Source: Acaryochloridaceae cyanobacterium VAR_48_metabat_390 (lineage in GTDB: Bacteria > Cyanobacteriota > Cyanobacteriia > Thermosynechococcales > Thermosynechococcaceae). From it: a DNA stretch of 43,437 bases. This document shows positions 39,601 to 43,437 of the stretch, in pieces. The first letter of the stretch is position 1. Every line of letters starts with the position of its first letter. Made by a program: the position numbers and the translations under genes. Location: assembly GCA_031422435.1 (NCBI GenBank), contig JANPLU010000032.1, positions 1 to 43,437 of the forward strand, written 5' to 3'. Below the pieces are notes generated by a model, which saw only the letters and a program-made list of their open reading frames with translations, was not told the origin of the DNA and searched no databases.

Positions 39601-39665
39601 AAGAGAGCGACATCATTGAGTCTTACCAACTGGTGACGAAACGCCGGACGTTATCTATGGTCTAA
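36606..39665 (+). CDS. infB: Translation initiation factor IF-2
   Basis: [68 protein letters not shown]. Confidence 0.98.
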   Translation: MSSSKVRIYELSKELNLDNKEILAVCDHLSISVKSHSSTITEDEAEKIRGAAPKFQNGGGGNSTAVRSPAPEPQAPVKPLVIKGKEPGKQQILEVRRHKPITANDPDSTSRMSAAAPTPPKPTVMSLQTPKPTRPSAPVSLRQDSAASPSGETKPAAKLEVVDAPQPVGSSLNGETPRSAEGRASSAVIMPSLASPPPRVEVQKPVSNVVKPVLRSAQPADGQPRRDATQSRPSAPDSSARRLRDPGDLHGSDDISDRSPTPILLKKPSQPSRPVRNGPPEIVEHRREGKAPGAPGSDGVVPVLPGDEDLKLRRPTVSRPKRGKAEIEEEEMTELLNKTPKAGTKQKRRTVEEDEDDDLADGDLANQTTVVDVSQSLVRPPKQKTAKQTRPAPAAASRPGPQKGGSSRRQSRGRDRAAQAQEPEKPTVISLTNNPTVQELANLLMLPDTDVIKVLFLKGIAANINQTLDLPTASMVAEELGVTVETIQEESAARKVTEMIEVGDLESLVRRPPVVTIMGHVDHGKTTLLDSIRKTKVAQGEAGGITQHIGAYHVDLEHNDQMQQVVFLDTPGHEAFTAMRARGARVTDIAILVVAADDGVRPQTIEAISHAQAAKVPIIVAINKMDKESAQVDRVKQELTEFGLVSEEWGGDTIMVPVSALKGENLDTLLEMILLVSEVEDLQANPDRPARGTVIEANLDKARGPVATLLVQNGTLRVGDIMVVGSAFGKVRAMIDDRGDRVSVASPSFAVEVLGLNDVPAAGDEFEVFSDEKEARAVASTRFDLQRQTRLQQAMSSRRISLGALSDQVREGDLKELNLILKADVQGSLEAILASLEQLPQNEVQVRVLFSAPGEVTETDVDLAAASNAVIIGFNTSLASGSRQAADKASVDIREYNIIYKLLEDIQAAMEGLLDPELVEEPLGQTEVRAVFPVGRGAVAGCYVQSGKLVRNCRVRVRRGNNVVFEGILDSLKRMKDDSKEVNFGYECGVGIDNFTEWKESDIIESYQLVTKRRTLSMV

Positions 39666-39682
39666 GCGTAGGCGATAGACAT

Positions 39683-39716
39683 AAAAAAGCGGCTCCCAGG
39701 TTGGGGGTCGCTTTTT
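39683..39716 (+). terminator. Rho-independent terminator after infB
   Basis: AAAAAAGCGGCTCCCA-ggt-TGGGGGTCGCTTTTT hairpin flanked by A and T tracts. Confidence 0.85.
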
Positions 39717-40205
39717 GTAGTGGGGCGTTCGATGAGCTGTACTAAAAGCTCAGGTAGAGAGTCTTCTTTAGGCAATTATCCTTGCAGCTTCTGTGGTCTA
39801 ACTTTGGGGTCTGTCAAGCTGAAGTCATTGTTCTTGGGATCTTGTCTCTTGAAAGTTTGTTCATTCTAGATAACAGCCTTGGGAGACGTATTGCCGATTT
39901 GATCTGTATCAGCTTAAGTACACAGGAACATGAGGTGTTTTGATCAAGACTGAAAAATTAGGACGTCTTAGTGCGATCTCCCTAATCATTAAGCAGCTTC
40001 GCACTTAAGGGAGGGGGCCGACCGATACTAGAAGCAAAGTGATGACTCTGGCTTGTGGCTAATCATCGTGTGGGCAGTGGCAAATTCCAAATAGAGTTAG
40101 GGACAGAAATACAGAACGAGATACGTTAAGACAGATGGCATATAGATTCAGATAGCAAGGGGTTAGTCGGACTGAGTGCCTTACCCCCACTGCATTCCCA
40201 TCACA

Positions 40206-40607
40206 CTAGGACTTCCCGCGCTGCAATGCCTCACCCAACGCACTAATGAGATTTTCACGTGTTTTGGCGTGCTGCTGCTGCTCTTGCGCTAGGGCTTCAG
40301 CTAGTTCATCACGAGATTGAGCCAGTCTGGCTAACTCAAGGGTACTATACTGATGATCGCTCACAGAAGAGTCTGAGGAAATAGGGGCTACAACAGGACG
40401 AACTACAGCAAAACCCATTTGACAAAGCTGTTGCACTTCCGCCCGCAGATTGCGAATGGTGCGATCTGCGGTTTCAGCTTCTGTACGGCGCTGTTGGGCT
40501 TCTATTTCGTAGCGTCGCCGCCACTTAAGGGCATCTTCTAGAGCGCGATCTCGTTCTTGCCGCAGGGTCTCCACCATCTCAAAAGATGGTTGCCGCGTAT
40601 CACTCAT
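40206..40607 (-). CDS. Hypothetical coiled-coil protein
   Basis: 133-aa ORF directly downstream of leuA; helical and charged (KWRRRYEIEAQQRR, HAKTRENLISALGE). Confidence 0.7.
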   Translation of the reverse strand: MSDTRQPSFEMVETLRQERDRALEDALKWRRRYEIEAQQRRTEAETADRTIRNLRAEVQQLCQMGFAVVRPVVAPISSDSSVSDHQYSTLELARLAQSRDELAEALAQEQQQHAKTRENLISALGEALQRGKS

Positions 40608-40650
40608 AGGAAAAACAGCTCATGGCAATCGTAAATAGCACGCTTAAACA

Positions 40651-42306
40651 CTAAACAGGAACCGCAGACTGAACCGGAGTTTCCTGAAATCCTTGAGGAT
40701 GAATGGCAGGGTTATTCAAAGAGCTAAACAGCCGATTGAGCGCATTGAGGTAAGCTTGCGCCGACGCGACAATAATGTCGGTATTAGCAGAATGTCCCGA
40801 ATAAATGCGGTCTGCATGCTGAATCCGAATGGTTACTTCACCCATTGCATCAATGCCAGCCGTCACAGACTGCACCGAAAACTCAATCAACTGGTTAGGG
40901 ATTTCTACCAGACGGTTAATGGCGCGATACACCGCATCGACAGGGCCAGTTCCCACCGCCGCATCAGTTAATTCCTGTCCGTCTGGGGTTCGCAGAGACA
41001 CCGTTGCCGTAGGGCATTCATGATCGCCACAGGATACCTGCACGCGCTCAAGCTGATAGCCGTTGCCATACTGAGCCTGGGTTTCATCCTGAACAATTGC
41101 CTCTAGGTCGCGATCGGTGATTTCCTTTTTCTTATCCGCCAATTCTTTGAAACGAACGAATGCCTTATTGAGATCCTGCTCTGATAGCTCAAACCCCAGC
41201 TCTTTAAGGCGAGAGCGGAAGGCATTGCGACCGGAGAGTTTCCCTAGTACCAATTGGTTATCGCTTAACCCAATGGACTGAGCATCCATAATTTCGTAGG
41301 TGAGGCGATTCTTGAGGATGCCGTCTTGATGAATGCCGGACTCATGGGCAAAGGCATTAGAACCCACGATCGCCTTATTGGGCTGTACCAACATACTGGT
41401 CAAATTAGAAACTAGCCGCGAGGTTTTGTAAATCTGGCGCGTGTCGATATTGGTCAAGGGCGCTTCAGAGTCTGCTGCACGACCCACAAACGGATTGAAA
41501 TACTGACGGCGGACGTGCATTGCCATGACCAATTCTTCGAGAGCCGCATTACCCGCGCGCTCACCGATACCGTTGATGGTGCATTCTAACTGACGAGCAC
41601 CGTTTTTGACAGCTTCTAAGAAGTTGGCAACGGCTAAACCTAAGTCGTTATGACCATGCACCGAAATGACGGCCTGATCAATATTGGGTACGTTTTCTTT
41701 GATGCCGCGAATCAGGGTACCAAACTCGCCAGGGGTCATATATCCTACCGTGTCGGGGATGTTGACCGTAGTTGCTCCGGCGGCAATCACCCGCTCTAAA
41801 ACGGCGTACAAAAACTCAGGGTCTGAGCGACCTGCATCTTCGGGCGAAAACTCGATGTCTGCCGTAAAGGATTTAGCGTAGGCCACCATCTCTTCGGCAA
41901 TCGCCATCACTTCAGGTCGCGTTTTTTTGAGCTTGTACTGAAGGTGAATATCTGAGGTTGCCAAAAATGTATGAATCCGTCCATGAGCCGCAGGGCGCAG
42001 CGCATCCGCAGCAGCCTTAATATCTTGACGGGTGGCACGGGCAAGGCCGCAGATGATAGGGCCGTCTTCGGTTCCAATGGCTTCAGCAATTTTCTGCACG
42101 GCCTCGAAATCACCAGGGCTAGAAAAGGGAAACCCTGCCTCGATAATGTCTACACCCAGTCGAGCCAGTTGTCGGGCGATCGTCAGTTTTTCATCCACAT
42201 TCAGAGTTGCGCCAGGGGATTGTTCACCATCCCGCAGCGTAGTGTCAAAAATAAGGATGCGATCGTTCTCTTGAGAAGCCTCAACCTGACTGGGCTGGAT
42301 TGTCAT
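40651..42306 (-). CDS. leuA: 2-isopropylmalate synthase
   Basis: [50 protein letters not shown]-terminal regulatory domain GTGPVDA. Confidence 0.96.
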   Translation of the reverse strand: MTIQPSQVEASQENDRILIFDTTLRDGEQSPGATLNVDEKLTIARQLARLGVDIIEAGFPFSSPGDFEAVQKIAEAIGTEDGPIICGLARATRQDIKAAADALRPAAHGRIHTFLATSDIHLQYKLKKTRPEVMAIAEEMVAYAKSFTADIEFSPEDAGRSDPEFLYAVLERVIAAGATTVNIPDTVGYMTPGEFGTLIRGIKENVPNIDQAVISVHGHNDLGLAVANFLEAVKNGARQLECTINGIGERAGNAALEELVMAMHVRRQYFNPFVGRAADSEAPLTNIDTRQIYKTSRLVSNLTSMLVQPNKAIVGSNAFAHESGIHQDGILKNRLTYEIMDAQSIGLSDNQLVLGKLSGRNAFRSRLKELGFELSEQDLNKAFVRFKELADKKKEITDRDLEAIVQDETQAQYGNGYQLERVQVSCGDHECPTATVSLRTPDGQELTDAAVGTGPVDAVYRAINRLVEIPNQLIEFSVQSVTAGIDAMGEVTIRIQHADRIYSGHSANTDIIVASAQAYLNALNRLFSSLNNPAIHPQGFQETPVQSAVPV

Positions 42307-42573
42307 GACGAGTGTTTCAAACCTCTTTGCTCAAAAATGGATAGAACGTGGTCGCTTGCAGAGAAGCGATACCTGACTGAAGTATCCTGCTAGACAGCGT
42401 TAACCTGTCGAGGGAATTAAAAGCCCCTTGCCTAATTCTAGAATATGCTCTGACCCCTCGCAGTGTCTTTCCATTCACCCAAAGTTTACGCCTGGATGGG
42501 TGAGTGGGACTTTGATAAATCTATGGCAGAAGGCTTGGCAGCAGCGCAAGCCCGCTGCCAAGCCGCAGGTCTA

Positions 42574-43092
42574 TTACGAGTCTGATTTTTCAATCTCACT
42601 TCGCAGGCTATTAAGGTCAATGTATTGATCAGAAACGTTTCTCAGCTCACGGGCAATCATCCCTTCCGTTGAAACCACGGTGATGTGAGTATTTTTAGAG
42701 CGCAGCAGCTCGATCGCACGCTCAAAATCTCCATCTCCGCTAAATAAAACCACGCGATTATATTGTTCAACTGTATTAAACATATCAATCACAATCTCAA
42801 TATCCAGATTAGCTTTTTGAGAATAACGACCCGAAGTATCGTCGTAATATTCTTTTAAAAACTTTGTCCGAACGGTATAGCCTAGACTAATTAAGGCATC
42901 TCTAAAACCGCGCTGGTCTTGGTGATCTTTAAGCCCCGTATACCAAAAGGCATTCACAAGCCGAATATGCTGCTCACGGGTAAAGTATTCTAGAATTTTT
43001 CTAGGGTCGAAAAACCAGCCATTTTTTTGCTGTGCATAAAACATATTGTTCCCATCCACAAAGATGGAAACATAATTAAATATATGATTCAT
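42574..43092 (-). CDS. labA: NYN-domain protein of the LabA/DUF88 family
   Basis: FVDGNNMFY, KANLDIEIVID, SGDGDF. The family call is firm; labA orthology is from memory of the cyanobacterial sequence. Confidence 0.75.
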   Translation of the reverse strand: MNHIFNYVSIFVDGNNMFYAQQKNGWFFDPRKILEYFTREQHIRLVNAFWYTGLKDHQDQRGFRDALISLGYTVRTKFLKEYYDDTSGRYSQKANLDIEIVIDMFNTVEQYNRVVLFSGDGDFERAIELLRSKNTHITVVSTEGMIARELRNVSDQYIDLNSLRSEIEKSDS

Positions 43093-43437
43093 AAAAATTG
43101 TTTTTAAGCGCTCAGATTAATAAAGAAAATAAAAAGTCAATTAAAATATAAGTAGACTTTTGAGAGGATGCCTGAGAAGTCGAGCTTAAACGCTGAAACC
43201 CTATTGTTCCGTCACGGGTTAACCTTTTCAGATATCCTCTGAGTGTGAAGTTCTCAGTTTAACAAGTTTAATCCAGATTTAACAGCAGAAGTCATCAGTA
43301 CACGGTGTCGGATACCTCTCTACTATTGAATGGACAACGTAAGCATAGTGCTTGATGTCTGAAATTTTCAATAGTATGTCTACTTTAACCAAGCTGTACC
43401 AGGTGCAGAGTGGTTAAAGTAATTGAGCTGCATTGTG

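Noticed and set aside
1..43437. CRISPR arrays, tRNA/rRNA/tmRNA genes, and the many short ORFs overlapping annotated genes
   Set aside because: I recognised no regularly spaced repeat-spacer pattern or structural RNA gene. The short antisense and alternate-frame ORFs lack motifs and are shadows of real genes.

Overview
This 43.4-kb window is cyanobacterial chromosome: the HIP1 octamer GCGATCGC recurs and it carries Ycf29/Rre1, LrtA and LabA-like genes. Most genes are housekeeping or signalling: 5'-truncated mutS, lipB, hpf/lrtA, hypA/hypB, ycf29, a hybrid histidine kinase, pip, corA, trpE, pyrC, smpB, rimP-nusA-ylxR-infB, leuA and a NYN/LabA gene. Two accessory blocks stand out. (1) 19721-26203, between trpE and pyrC, is a co-oriented four-gene cluster encoding a 4-TM membrane protein, a divergent tubulin/FtsZ-like GTPase, a 1110-aa protein with an actin/Hsp70-fold ATPase domain, and an AT-rich single-pass membrane coiled-coil protein. 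A cloverleaf palindrome lies inside it. This is the best candidate for an uncharacterised system, possibly membrane-remodelling, cytoskeletal or conflict-related. (2) 27981-32340 is a ~4-kb islet bracketed by a 320-bp, ~90% identical direct repeat of the smpB 3' end. It carries an IS982 remnant, a secreted beta-rich protein and a two-component pair, with no integrase. Lesser oddities are hypAB resembling guanidine-hydrolase accessory genes without their enzyme, a REC protein fused to an apparently catalytically dead PP2C domain, and a MocD-like desaturase coupled to a MetX-like hydrolase. All calls come from reading motifs by eye; no database searches were run.
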